Origin: an uncultured Candidatus Saccharibacteria bacterium
GTDB taxonomy: Bacteria; Patescibacteriota; UBA1384; XYA2-FULL-43-10; 1-14-0-10-43-13
Assembly: GCA_964628585.1 (NCBI GenBank)
Contig: CAZVMH010000005.1
Location: forward strand, 2,491 to 66,490
DNA: 64,000 bases
Direction of reading: 5' to 3'
The notes beneath the pieces are model-generated. The model ran no database searches and was not told where the DNA came from. It saw only the letters and a program-made list of their open reading frames with translations. A program made the position numbers and the translations under genes. Shown piece by piece: positions 50,269 through 60,002 of this stretch. Every line of letters starts with the position of its first letter. Positions within the stretch are counted from its first letter, which is position 1.

Positions 50269-51246
50269 TTAAACAGACAGTACAATTTTACCAGATATGA
50301 GCTCTGCGCGCAATGAACGGGGGAGTATTTTATGTTTTTTTCCGATACTCTTAATAAATAGCTCACATATTGCCTGAATTTGGACTGAAGTAATATCTTT
50401 GAGACCAATTAATTTTTCGATCGCTCGACGTAAGATTATTTTCTGTATTGCATGATCTTGAGCTAACCATTTTTTATAATCGATTTCAATTATTGTGTTG
50501 CCCACTACCTTACTAATTTGTCTTAACTTTTCGTCAGCAATTTTTTCTAAAAAATTTGTGTCATCTTCAATAAGACCAATGGTCGATGATAGGGAATTGC
50601 TAAATCTAGGATTTAGTTTTTCAAATAATGGCAAAATTTGGTGACGGACATAGTTACGATCAAAATTAAGGTTTTTATTGGTAGAATCGGTTTTATGCTT
50701 GAGTCTGCGATCTTTGAGATATTGTTCAATTTCTGTTCTGTTAATTGGAAGTAGGGGACGGATAATTTTTTCTCTTTGAGAGGGGATAGATTTAAGTCCG
50801 TAAATACCGCTCCCTCGAGCTAGCCGTAGGAGGAAAGTTTCCACTTGGTCATTTTGATTGTGCGCTGTGGCTAGCGTGTCTCCCCTGCCCTCTTTTAAAA
50901 TTTTTTTGAAGAAACCATAGCGTGCATCTCTCGCCTTTTCTTCGCTTTTATATTGATTTTTATTTTCCGCTCGGTCAACAATACATTCGATGTCACGCAT
51001 TTTGCAAAATTCTCGGACGAATTTTTCGTCGCCATCACTCTCTACTCCCCTTAGCCGATGATTGAAATGACAAACTGAAATTTTAATATTCAATTTTTCT
51101 TGCAAAGTCAGTAAAATATCCAAAAGTGCAATCGAATCTGCTCCTCCACTAACGGCTACAATAACTTTCTGGCCAGACTGAATCAGATTATTTTTTTGAA
51201 TGAATTTATATGTTCTATGAGGAATAGATTTTTGAGATAGTTTCAT
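50269..51246 (-). CDS. tilS: tRNA(Ile)-lysidine synthetase
   Basis: AVSGGADS, ARDARY, HNQNDQVET, RPLL, RNYVRH; upstream of ftsH. Confidence 0.95.
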   Translation of the reverse strand: MKLSQKSIPHRTYKFIQKNNLIQSGQKVIVAVSGGADSIALLDILLTLQEKLNIKISVCHFNHRLRGVESDGDEKFVREFCKMRDIECIVDRAENKNQYKSEEKARDARYGFFKKILKEGRGDTLATAHNQNDQVETFLLRLARGSGIYGLKSIPSQREKIIRPLLPINRTEIEQYLKDRRLKHKTDSTNKNLNFDRNYVRHQILPLFEKLNPRFSNSLSSTIGLIEDDTNFLEKIADEKLRQISKVVGNTIIEIDYKKWLAQDHAIQKIILRRAIEKLIGLKDITSVQIQAICELFIKSIGKKHKILPRSLRAELISGKIVLSV

Positions 51247-51375
51247 AAATTAAAAAAATGCTTATTGAATGTCGCTCATAGCCCATAGTTTATGTAAACA
51301 ATCTATAAGCTATAAACCACAAGCAATAAACAAATCGCAAAATTAATTACCCCCATGCTTACTCGCCCTGTTAAA

Positions 51376-51452
51376 TGGTAGCGGCGGGAGGACTTGAACC
51401 TCCGACCTCGGGCTTATGAGTCCCACGCTCTAACCAGCTGAGCTACGCCGCC
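51376..51452 (-). tRNA. tRNA-Met(CAU), elongator type
   Basis: GGCGGCGTAGCTCAGCTGGTTAGAGC...CTCATAA...GCCGCTACCA. Confidence 0.92.
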
Positions 51453-51479
51453 ACTTATTTAACAGGGTAGATCCTGTGC

Positions 51480-51499
51480 CCTGCCTGCCAGCAGGCAGG
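51480..51499. repeat. Short palindromic element CCTGCCTGC-CA-GCAGGCAGG
   Basis: Perfect 9-bp arms. Confidence 0.7.
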
Positions 51500-51717
51500 T
51501 CTACCTCGACCAGAAGCCGATCGTCCTTTGGATGAAACTGAGGGCCGAAGGCCACCCTTCGGGTCTACCCTGCCATGTCAGTTAAAGCTACTGGATTACA
51601 AAGATTGCTAAAGCAACTTTTTCATCCTTTCGCTTCGCTTCCTTTAAGCCAAAACAGAGTTTTGGCTTGTTTGCCTAGTACCTAGAACAACCCATCAATA
51701 AATTGATGGACAATCCT

Positions 51718-51735
51718 TGGTAGCGGGGGTTGGAT
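51718..51735 (-). repeat. 18-bp duplicate of the initiator tRNA 3' end
   Basis: TGGTAGCGGGGGTTGGAT identical at 51718 and 51877. Confidence 0.85.
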
Positions 51736-51876
51736 ATTTCACCGCGCTCCGCTTACAAAAACCCTCGGTTTTTGTTGTTTTTCTCCAGCGGGAAACTACC
51801 GTTTCCCGACCCTTTCTCCTGGTTCAAATCAACATATATACCAGGAACCAGCCGTCGATTCTCGACGCCTCGTTAC

Positions 51877-51953
51877 TGGTAGCGGGGGTTGGATTTGAAC
51901 CAACGACCTTCTGGTTATGAGCCAGACGAGCTACCGGACTGCTCCACCCCGCA
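51877..51953 (-). tRNA. Initiator tRNA-fMet(CAU)
   Basis: TGCGGGGTGGAGCAGTCCGGTAGCTCG...CTCATAA...CCCCGCTACCA; 1:72 mismatch. Confidence 0.92.
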
Positions 51954-52011
51954 TCAACAAGAACTATTGTACCAAGAAACTAGCTCAAATTCAATAGAAA
52001 TGAGAATTTGG

Positions 52012-52413
52012 TTACCGCTCAAAAAAATATTTCCACCACAAAACATAGTTTGGCGTTTTGATGCTCACTTCACCCAACCCAACATCTGCCACTTTTTCTT
52101 CTTCAGTATCTAAAGGTAAGATCATAATGTTCTCGCCAGGCGCTCTATAGCCCAACTTAGCTCTTGCCTCCTTTTCACGGAAAGATTGTGTTTGGTAGTA
52201 AGCAATCTGATTTTCTAATTCAGTAATATTATCTCGAAGCAATTCTATTTTTGCCACTTCATCTTCTAGACTTTTATTTGAATTATAATTAACCCAAATT
52301 GAACGACCAACCACAAAAAACATATATAAAACAACCAGAAAAATTACAAAATTACCCAGAGTCATTGGAATAATTTTCTCGATCCCCTCTTTAATTTTAC
52401 GGAAGAAGTTCAT
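52012..52413 (-). CDS. Septum formation initiator (FtsB/DivIC family)
   Basis: TM + coiled coil + EKEARAKLGYRAPGE. Confidence 0.85.
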   Translation of the reverse strand: MNFFRKIKEGIEKIIPMTLGNFVIFLVVLYMFFVVGRSIWVNYNSNKSLEDEVAKIELLRDNITELENQIAYYQTQSFREKEARAKLGYRAPGENIMILPLDTEEEKVADVGLGEVSIKTPNYVLWWKYFFER

Positions 52414-52482
52414 ATTAAAATTATATTACAAAAAGCTCCCCGTCGCTAGACAGAGAGCTTTTTTCTCACTAGATTCTTGTTC

Positions 52483-54336
52483 TTACCACCTTTTTGATTT
52501 GCGGTTTGGATCCTTAGAAGCACTTTTTTTAATTGCTTTTTTCTCAATCTTTTTTTCTTCTTTCACAATCGGTTTATTGTCTTCTTCACTTCCAGCGAAC
52601 CAGTAAAAATATCCTCCGGTAGCTGCACCTGCTAACAGGATCAGAACGAATAATACGATCCATGGAGTCCAGTTGATATCCTCCGTCTCGCTCGAAGTTT
52701 CCTCACTTTTTATCTGACCATTATCGTCAGATGGAGTCTCAACTTTTTGTTCTGCCGGAGGAGCAGCTTGAACCGTAGCAACTAACCCGGTTGAAACAGG
52801 ATCCTCTGTCGCTACTTCTTCTGTTATCACAACTGGGGCAACTGGTGCGATCGGAGTGATCGAAGATACCAAATCAATATTCTTCTGGTTTATACCCCCT
52901 AAAAAACCTCCTTCATCTGTTCCGAACATTGCAGTAACTCTGACCACGAATGAACCAAAATCGCCAAAAGTCTGTAAATAGGTCAGATCAGTTGTTTGTA
53001 AACCATTAATAATCCAGTTATCTGAGGATTTGCCGACATATACTTTGTAACCAGTTGCCTTCGGAACCTTATTCCAACTAAGAGTAACTATTTTTCCGTT
53101 TATGGATATTGTAACAGTTGGAATCGATATTGTTTCAATTCCAGCCATTCCAGCAGTTGCAGTTTGAAGCGCTAGTGTCAACTCATGAAGAGTTGTGGCA
53201 TCATCTATCGCAATGTCTCCTTCTGTCTTGAACTGGTTCAAAATTGCTAAGTTCTCTGAAGAATAATCTCCATCATTGTATAAGGTACGAGCTTCATTAA
53301 GATCAGTATGGGCTTTTATCTTTGCTTCCATCAAATCAACAACTGTCAGAGTGAAATTTGTTTTAACATTCGCATTTCGTGCTAAATCTTCTACGGAATC
53401 AGGATCAACCGTGAAAACAAAAGTTCCGATCATCCCAGCCACACCGTTTGATCCAAACGGTTTGATAATTAATGTTTTATTTTCAGCATCTAAAGGATCT
53501 AGAGCTATTGATCCATATGCATAATCAGCTCCATTAATATTTATCATTACAATCGGAGCACTTCTTAGCACTACTGGTTCACTCATTTCAACTATTATTG
53601 AGGATGTAATTGAGTTCTGTGTAACTGTAAGTGTTCCATCTGTTGAGATAATATCAACTCCGTCAACCGTCGCCGTTAAGCCGACCATTGTAGGTGCAAT
53701 CGTGTCAATAACAAATGAAGAATTTCTTGGATCCGGTGTATTTAATAGTATGAAATCATTTGCATTGTTGTCCGTATCCAAACCATTACCAATACCAGAT
53801 AAATCAGTTTTTCTTTCGATGCTCACGTCTGTAACAAGCCCAATATTTACCCCCATTGTTTCGACTGCTAGACTAGGCTGATCTGTTTCTCCCCAACCAA
53901 CTTTATCAATAATATTATTTAAGGATCCTTCAATTATAATTCCGCTTCTCCCAGTCAGTTTGGCAGATGAATATGTAGCATCTGCAACTACACCTACGTT
54001 ACCGGAAGCGATCAAAAAATAACCCTTAGGTGGTATTGTGTGATTTATCCATGTCAATGCTCTTGGCGAAGAAACGTTGTTACTGTCAACTGTTAGTATT
54101 TTAAAATTAGCATCACTCAGAACGATAGCTGTCGATGTTGGATTGTAAAATTCAACAAATTCATTTGAAGCTGTATTAATACCAACAGCGACTTGTGAAA
54201 TCACCACGTTAGATCCATCTACTGCCGCCTTTACTCTTGTTGCGCTAAACATTCCATTTACTAGCCATGCTGGTGCAACCATTGCCACAGCAAGCAAGTA
54301 AATGAGCGCCTTTCGATAAAGCTTTTTCATAAACAC
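52483..54336 (-). CDS. Surface protein with lamin-tail domain and C-terminal TM anchor
   Basis: Signal peptide, VVISQV...EFVEFYNPT...PDPRNS, C-terminal TM plus basic tail. Confidence 0.8.
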   Translation of the reverse strand: MFMKKLYRKALIYLLAVAMVAPAWLVNGMFSATRVKAAVDGSNVVISQVAVGINTASNEFVEFYNPTSTAIVLSDANFKILTVDSNNVSSPRALTWINHTIPPKGYFLIASGNVGVVADATYSSAKLTGRSGIIIEGSLNNIIDKVGWGETDQPSLAVETMGVNIGLVTDVSIERKTDLSGIGNGLDTDNNANDFILLNTPDPRNSSFVIDTIAPTMVGLTATVDGVDIISTDGTLTVTQNSITSSIIVEMSEPVVLRSAPIVMININGADYAYGSIALDPLDAENKTLIIKPFGSNGVAGMIGTFVFTVDPDSVEDLARNANVKTNFTLTVVDLMEAKIKAHTDLNEARTLYNDGDYSSENLAILNQFKTEGDIAIDDATTLHELTLALQTATAGMAGIETISIPTVTISINGKIVTLSWNKVPKATGYKVYVGKSSDNWIINGLQTTDLTYLQTFGDFGSFVVRVTAMFGTDEGGFLGGINQKNIDLVSSITPIAPVAPVVITEEVATEDPVSTGLVATVQAAPPAEQKVETPSDDNGQIKSEETSSETEDINWTPWIVLFVLILLAGAATGGYFYWFAGSEEDNKPIVKEEKKIEKKAIKKSASKDPNRKSKRW

Positions 54337-54621
54337 TCCTAATTAATTATTATATATTAACATGTTCCCTCACACTAGAAAGATAAGATTTTTGCAATTA
54401 CAAAAAACGACCAAAAGTCCTTATTTCCCTCGTGACAAGAAACTTTCGCTCACAATACTTTAGTTTTATAACCCCCTAATTGTCCCAAACCATGAGGCTT
54501 AGAATATGCAAACACTTTTTTGATATTCCCATAGCTTTTTCATACTTTTTCATACTTTATGGCCATAAGAGGATTGTGTCTAAAAGAAGACTATATGTAG
54601 TAGAACTTATTGTCAACAAAT

Positions 54622-54650
54622 AAAAAAATGAGCTTTTTAAGCTCATTTTT
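54622..54650 (-). terminator. Intrinsic terminator
   Basis: AAAAATGAGCTT/AAGCTCATTTTT. Confidence 0.65.
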
Positions 54651-54670
54651 GTTAGTTATCCACAGGTTTG

Positions 54671-55225
54671 CTAAAAAGAACTAAAAATATTCTTAGCAAT
54701 ATAATTATATATTCTTACAATTGCAGGTTTTTTGTGACCAAACATATTTGTTACCATTATGGTTTGACGAGTTTTCCCATTGTCATTGTATTCCCCTTTA
54801 ACAATGCCAATTCCAATATCTGCGTAGTCGGGATTTAATATATTTTCACGATGTTTTGGAGAATTCATCCAAGCCTTAACCATTCCTTCAGAGGTTACAA
54901 AATCCATGGCAAGATTTTCGCCCGCGTAAAGATAGTCATAATCAGCTATGCGAAAAAAGTCCCAAGGAGTTAGACCATTTGCATAGTGATCAAAGTAATC
55001 TCGGTTAAGCATATCTTTAGTTTTAAGAGTAGAGGCAAAATCAAGGTTTGAATCTTCTTTCAGACTAGAAAGGCCTCTGTTGGTTCTCTCAGTATTAATA
55101 CTCTTTAAAACATTTTTCGGATTAATTTCGCTAGCAAATGCAAGCCCAACAAAAGCAAGGTTGAGAGTGATTGCTACTCCAACTGCGAGGTAAATATGTT
55201 TAATTTTAAGATTGGTTTTGTTCAT
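54671..55225 (-). CDS. CAP/SCP domain protein
   Basis: YFDH, AGENLA, WMNSPKHRENIL. Confidence 0.92.
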   Translation of the reverse strand: MNKTNLKIKHIYLAVGVAITLNLAFVGLAFASEINPKNVLKSINTERTNRGLSSLKEDSNLDFASTLKTKDMLNRDYFDHYANGLTPWDFFRIADYDYLYAGENLAMDFVTSEGMVKAWMNSPKHRENILNPDYADIGIGIVKGEYNDNGKTRQTIMVTNMFGHKKPAIVRIYNYIAKNIFSSF

Positions 55226-55396
55226 AGTGTGATTTAGTATGATTTTTACTTAGATTCAAGTAAATTAGACCATTATATCAATTAAACAACCTTTTGTCAA
55301 TAGCTAAAGTAAAAATAATGTGTTTTAATATTAAAACTGGAGAACACTTAGATTGAAAAGATCGGCTTGATTTGATAAGATACTATTAATTAGTTC

Positions 55397-55472
55397 GGGC
55401 CCGTAGCTCAGTGGTTAGAGCAGCCGGCTCATAACCGGTCGGTCGCAGGTTCGATCCCTGCCAGGCCCACCA
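55397..55472 (+). tRNA. tRNA-CAU, probably tRNA-Ile2 (lysidine substrate)
   Basis: GGGCCCGTAGCTCAGTGGTTAGAGCAGCCGGCTCATAACCGG...CCCACCA; GGGCC acceptor typical of Ile2. Confidence 0.88.
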
Positions 55473-55564
55473 TTTTCCCGACTTACAGTATCAATATATC
55501 GACAATGATAAATTCGTTGCAATTTACTATTTGTTTTAAAAAGTTTTTGTAATATAATAGTGTT

Positions 55565-56977
55565 GTGACTAAAACAAAAAGAGCAATCGAGATAGGAGCT
55601 TTTTCTTTCTTGGGGCTATGTGTAATTGTAGCCTTTCTTTTGTTCGGCTACCAAGTTGCGTATGCGAATAAGATTTATCATAATATTGAAGTGGCTGGCA
55701 TAGATTTATCTGGAAAGACTAAAGAAGAAGCAAAAAATTTAATTACTGAAAAATACGCCCAGGTTTTAGATGATGAATTTGCTCTAAAAGCCAATGAAAA
55801 AGAAATTAAAGCTAAGCTTTCTGATACAGGTCTAAATATTAATATTGATCAAACAATTGACGAAGCTTATAATACTGGCCGTGGAAATAAGTTTTTTAGA
55901 CAGCTTATTTCGTCTGCAAACACTCTATTCGTAAAACAGAAACTTCCCATAGCTCCAATAATTGAGCAAGAAAAATATGATAATTTTATAAAAATTGCCG
56001 TATTACAGTTTAATTCCGAACCACAAAATGCCAGTTTAACAGTCGAGCAGGGTCAAATTAAGGAAGTTCCCGAAAAGGCAGGAGTTGCTGTCAATATTCT
56101 AAGCCTCGATCAACAAATTCTTGGGCTTATTAATGAAAATGAGATCAAAGAAATTGCACTTAACGCCGAAACTATTGTTCCAGCCATCAAAGTAGCCGAT
56201 TTTTCTGTAGCGAAGGATTATGCCAACAACATTCTAGCCAAGACCTTTACTTTCACATATGAAGATAAAAAATATTCTCCAACAAAGAATGAAATCGGAA
56301 ACTGGATTAAATTTACGACCGTGGATGGAAAAACTTCTGGCAGTCTAAGTCGTGACGCTGTTAGCGCCTATATTAATAAAATTGCCCAAAATTTTGAAAT
56401 AATTAAAAAAGATCGAAAAATAAATTCTGCTGATAATTCAGTTATAGAAGAAGGGCAAGAGGGTAAATTATGTGATAAGAATGCTGCTCTTGCTTCAGTT
56501 TTCAGTCAAGTGAATAATTCAGATAATATTTCTGTATCGCTTGCAACTTATGCCGTTACTATAAATGAAATACGGGTAATGCCAAATGAGGGATTTGTTC
56601 CTGGCAGATTTCCTGGAAGATATATTGATATTGATTTAGCTACTCAAAGACTTTGCCAGATTGAAGGCAATAGTGTTGGAACTTGCTATACCATATCTTC
56701 CGGTAAAGCCAGCATGCCCACCCCGACTGGTACTTTTTCCATTACAGGCAAAGACCCTCGTGCTTTTTCAAGTAAATATGGTCTCTATATGCCCTGGTGG
56801 CAACAGTTCAACGGCCCCTATGGTATTCATGAGCTACCAGAGACCAACACATGGAAAGAAGTGCCAGATCACCTAGGAACACCAGTTTCTCACGGTTGTG
56901 TTCGTCTTGGTGTTGGACCAGCTCAGGATGTTTATAACTGGACATCTATTGGGACGCCAGTTTACATACACAAATAA
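55565..56977 (+). CDS. L,D-transpeptidase with peptidoglycan-binding (YoaR-like) domains
   Basis: N-terminal TM; TPTGTF, YGIHE, SHGCVRL. Confidence 0.92.
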   Translation: MTKTKRAIEIGAFSFLGLCVIVAFLLFGYQVAYANKIYHNIEVAGIDLSGKTKEEAKNLITEKYAQVLDDEFALKANEKEIKAKLSDTGLNINIDQTIDEAYNTGRGNKFFRQLISSANTLFVKQKLPIAPIIEQEKYDNFIKIAVLQFNSEPQNASLTVEQGQIKEVPEKAGVAVNILSLDQQILGLINENEIKEIALNAETIVPAIKVADFSVAKDYANNILAKTFTFTYEDKKYSPTKNEIGNWIKFTTVDGKTSGSLSRDAVSAYINKIAQNFEIIKKDRKINSADNSVIEEGQEGKLCDKNAALASVFSQVNNSDNISVSLATYAVTINEIRVMPNEGFVPGRFPGRYIDIDLATQRLCQIEGNSVGTCYTISSGKASMPTPTGTFSITGKDPRAFSSKYGLYMPWWQQFNGPYGIHELPETNTWKEVPDHLGTPVSHGCVRLGVGPAQDVYNWTSIGTPVYIHK

Positions 56978-57010
56978 TCATAATTATAGGGCAGTATTTA
57001 GTACAAAACA

Positions 57011-57039
57011 AAAAACACTCCATGGCTTGAGTGTTTTTT
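57011..57039. terminator. Bidirectional terminator
   Basis: AAAAACACTC-N8-GAGTGTTTTT between convergent genes. Confidence 0.7.
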
Positions 57040-57058
57040 AGATCATATTATTAAAAAT

Positions 57059-59566
57059 TTAGACGATATCGTTTGCAGTAATGGTGATTGAATCACCTTT
57101 TTTTAATTCGTTGGATAAGATTTTACTCGCGAGTAGATTTTCAACTTTGTCTTGGATTGCTCGCTCCATTGGTCTAGCCCCCATTTGTGGATCATATCCA
57201 ATCTTGGCCAGCTTAGCTACGGCAGGTGCATCAATAGCAATCGTAATGCCTTTGTTCTCAATCATTGTTTTTTTCAAGCGATTTATCATTAGACCGGCAA
57301 CTTGAACAATTTCCGGTTCCGAAAGTGGTGAAAAAACAATTACGGAAGTAAATCGGTTTAAAAATTCAGATCGATAAATACTTTCTTGTTGTAAATATTC
57401 AAGGAGTGCTTTTTTGACACTTTCGTAATCTTGACTACTTCTGACCGCTTCACGAATTAAATTCGAACCCGCGTTTGAGGTCGCAATTACGATATTATTT
57501 GTAAAAGAAACTTTTCGACCAAAACCGTCTGTTATAAACCCTTCATCTAAAAGTTGCAGGAACAAATCAAGAATATCTTTATGGGCTTTTTCTATTTCAT
57601 CAAACAATAATAACGAAAATGGATTTTCGCGAATAGCAGTTGTAAGTGAACCTTGTAGCTCTTCTCCCAAAACATTGCCACCAATTAACCTGTAGATATC
57701 TTCTTTATTCTGATACTCCGACATATCAAGACGAACCATTGAACCCTCAGAACCAAAATATGCTCGCGATAGTGCTTTAGCTGTTTCTGTTTTACCAACA
57801 CCGGTTGGACCCAAGAAAAGAAATGTACCTATCGGTTTTTTACCGCCTGATACGCCTGCTCTGGCTCGACGTAAAGCATTAGACACTGCCAAAATTGCTT
57901 CATTCTGACCAATTACGCTCTCATGTAAATATTTATCAAGATTAATTAATTTTTCTTTCTCAACATCACTCGCTTCACCGGCCGGAACCTGATATTTTGC
58001 CGTGATGTATGAATCAACATCTTTTGGCATAATTATGGTTTTGCCTCGCTCTATTACGGCATGAGTAGCAACGCTGTCTAAAAGATTGATTGATTTTTCG
58101 GGGTTTGGAATATTTTGAATATATTTTTCGGCATCCGCTACAATTTGCTTTATCGCCTCATATGAAACAACTGATTTTGTCTTTTGTTCGATATGCGGGA
58201 TTACATCTTCAAGAATACGAATCATTTCATCTCCGCTAGGCTCTTCAACATTTACCCTGGTAAATCTCTGCATTAAAGCAGTATTAGAAACAATATAGCG
58301 GTTAAAGTTTGCCATGTCACAACTTGCTAATACATGAATATTCTCCATGTCTAAAAATGGTATTAATACTTCCGTAGCGTCAATCTTGCCAGCATCACCA
58401 GAAGAAAGAAGATTTTGAATATTTTCTATATACATGATAATGTTTCCAGCAGCTGCCACTTCGCTCAAAACTCCAGAAATACGCTCTGTCACCTCTGACG
58501 GGTTAGAAACACCAGCCATTAGATAATCAATATCAATTTGGACGATGTGTTCAAAATCAAGTTGAGAAAAAGTTTGACCCTCAAGTACTTTCTTGGCGAA
58601 ACCTAAAACAGCGGTTCTTTTGCCCACACCTGGCTCACCAACGAGGATGGCATTTCCACCGTTCTGACGCAAAAGCGATTCTTTAATTTCATTAATTTCT
58701 TTTTCGTGACCAATTATTTCTAGATTTAATCCATGTTCATTAATTTGCCGTGTAATATCAACTGAAAATTGTTTTAAAAATGGAGTCCAACCAAAAGCCC
58801 AATCTCTCCCAATTCCTCCTGTTAAACGAAGACGAGAAGGATCAATAAACTGTTTTTCTTTTTGAATTTTTCTCTCAATATATGTTTGCCAATATATTAA
58901 ATTTCCTAAATCATTCAGATCTAATTTTAGATCAATTAAGAATTTTCCAACGCTTTTGTCACTTTCTGCTAAGGCATAAAGGATATCACCAATTTCAATT
59001 TGATGATGATTTTCAGCAATCGCACTATTTAGCGCGCTGATCATAATTTCAGATAGTCCCTGTTTTCCTTCACCATTTTTAATATAATTTTCGATCGTTT
59101 CTCTCCCAATACCTAAACGAAAGAGAATAAAATTCATATCGGGCGAAGATAAAATAGCAAGTGCTAAATCAGTAGTGGTTGAATCGAGCCCCTCTGGCAG
59201 ATAGGTAAAAGCCTTAGCTGACTCAAATGATAAAACTTGAAAAAGATTAAATTTCTTGCCATCTTTAATGGTTTTTAATATTTCTTCTAATGAATAAGGC
59301 TCTGGTCGTTTTGCTTTCGAAAAATAAAAACTACGATCAGCTAAATAAAATAGAAAAAACGCAACTGTGACAAGTGATAGACCAAAAAGTCTTGTAGAGT
59401 CTAGGTTATGAAGTAGATAGTAATCAATTATGACAGCAATGGAGGCAACTCCAACAAGCCAAATAATAAATGAAATAAAACGAAAAATTGGATTACGAAA
59501 ACGACGATCAAGCATTACCGCTTCGCCAATAATTGTTCCCTCCATTTTCATTTCAACATTATTCAT
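57059..59566 (-). CDS. ClpA/B/C-family AAA+ ATPase with N-terminal TM helices
   Basis: GEPGVGKR, GPTGVGKT, RLDMSEY, FDEIEKAH, GARP; ATGA overlap with upstream gene. Confidence 0.9.
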   Translation of the reverse strand: MNNVEMKMEGTIIGEAVMLDRRFRNPIFRFISFIIWLVGVASIAVIIDYYLLHNLDSTRLFGLSLVTVAFFLFYLADRSFYFSKAKRPEPYSLEEILKTIKDGKKFNLFQVLSFESAKAFTYLPEGLDSTTTDLALAILSSPDMNFILFRLGIGRETIENYIKNGEGKQGLSEIMISALNSAIAENHHQIEIGDILYALAESDKSVGKFLIDLKLDLNDLGNLIYWQTYIERKIQKEKQFIDPSRLRLTGGIGRDWAFGWTPFLKQFSVDITRQINEHGLNLEIIGHEKEINEIKESLLRQNGGNAILVGEPGVGKRTAVLGFAKKVLEGQTFSQLDFEHIVQIDIDYLMAGVSNPSEVTERISGVLSEVAAAGNIIMYIENIQNLLSSGDAGKIDATEVLIPFLDMENIHVLASCDMANFNRYIVSNTALMQRFTRVNVEEPSGDEMIRILEDVIPHIEQKTKSVVSYEAIKQIVADAEKYIQNIPNPEKSINLLDSVATHAVIERGKTIIMPKDVDSYITAKYQVPAGEASDVEKEKLINLDKYLHESVIGQNEAILAVSNALRRARAGVSGGKKPIGTFLFLGPTGVGKTETAKALSRAYFGSEGSMVRLDMSEYQNKEDIYRLIGGNVLGEELQGSLTTAIRENPFSLLLFDEIEKAHKDILDLFLQLLDEGFITDGFGRKVSFTNNIVIATSNAGSNLIREAVRSSQDYESVKKALLEYLQQESIYRSEFLNRFTSVIVFSPLSEPEIVQVAGLMINRLKKTMIENKGITIAIDAPAVAKLAKIGYDPQMGARPMERAIQDKVENLLASKILSNELKKGDSITITANDIV

Positions 59567-59955
59567 CCTGTGACAATTAATTGAATGCCCCAGATTGCAA
59601 TTCCTAATAAAACAATTGGGTATAATAACCAAATTATAAAAACTATCGAAATTATTACTAATGTACTAAAAAAAGCCACCGCAAAAGTGATCACTGTAAA
59701 TATTTTTATTAATGCACCAATAATACGAGAGCTTAAATTTAGAGTCCAAACTTCAAACTTTTCCCTGAGAGAAAGTCCTTCATAACTGACCCTGTCTCTC
59801 TTCCATGGCGCAAACAGGGTGGTTAGGCAAATTTTGACTGAAAAAAGATCGGCTAAATAGATTAAAAATTGCCGAAAGAACTTAATAAGACGATGGTAGA
59901 GTTCAAAGTACCACCAGCTAAAAAATGCTGAGCTTAAAATTGCACTCCCCTCCAT
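59563..59955 (-). CDS. Membrane protein coupled to the Clp ATPase gene
   Basis: WWY...FS...LFAPWKR...SRIIG; stop overlaps next start. Confidence 0.8.
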   Translation of the reverse strand: MEGSAILSSAFFSWWYFELYHRLIKFFRQFLIYLADLFSVKICLTTLFAPWKRDRVSYEGLSLREKFEVWTLNLSSRIIGALIKIFTVITFAVAFFSTLVIISIVFIIWLLYPIVLLGIAIWGIQLIVTG

Positions 59956-60002
59956 AAAGTACCTCAATAAATTGATCGATTACTATTTTGTCAGACCGAT
60001 GA

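Noticed and set aside
51717-52113. ORFs 51717..51920 and 51889..52113
   Set aside because: Antisense translations of the tRNA and its duplicated end
54656-54664. DnaA box TTATCCACA as replication origin
   Set aside because: Single box, with no cluster or dnaA/dnaN nearby
57011-57039. CIRCE-like CACTC...GAGTG
   Set aside because: Spacer is 8 rather than 9, outer bases differ, and it lies between convergent gene ends, so a terminator fits better
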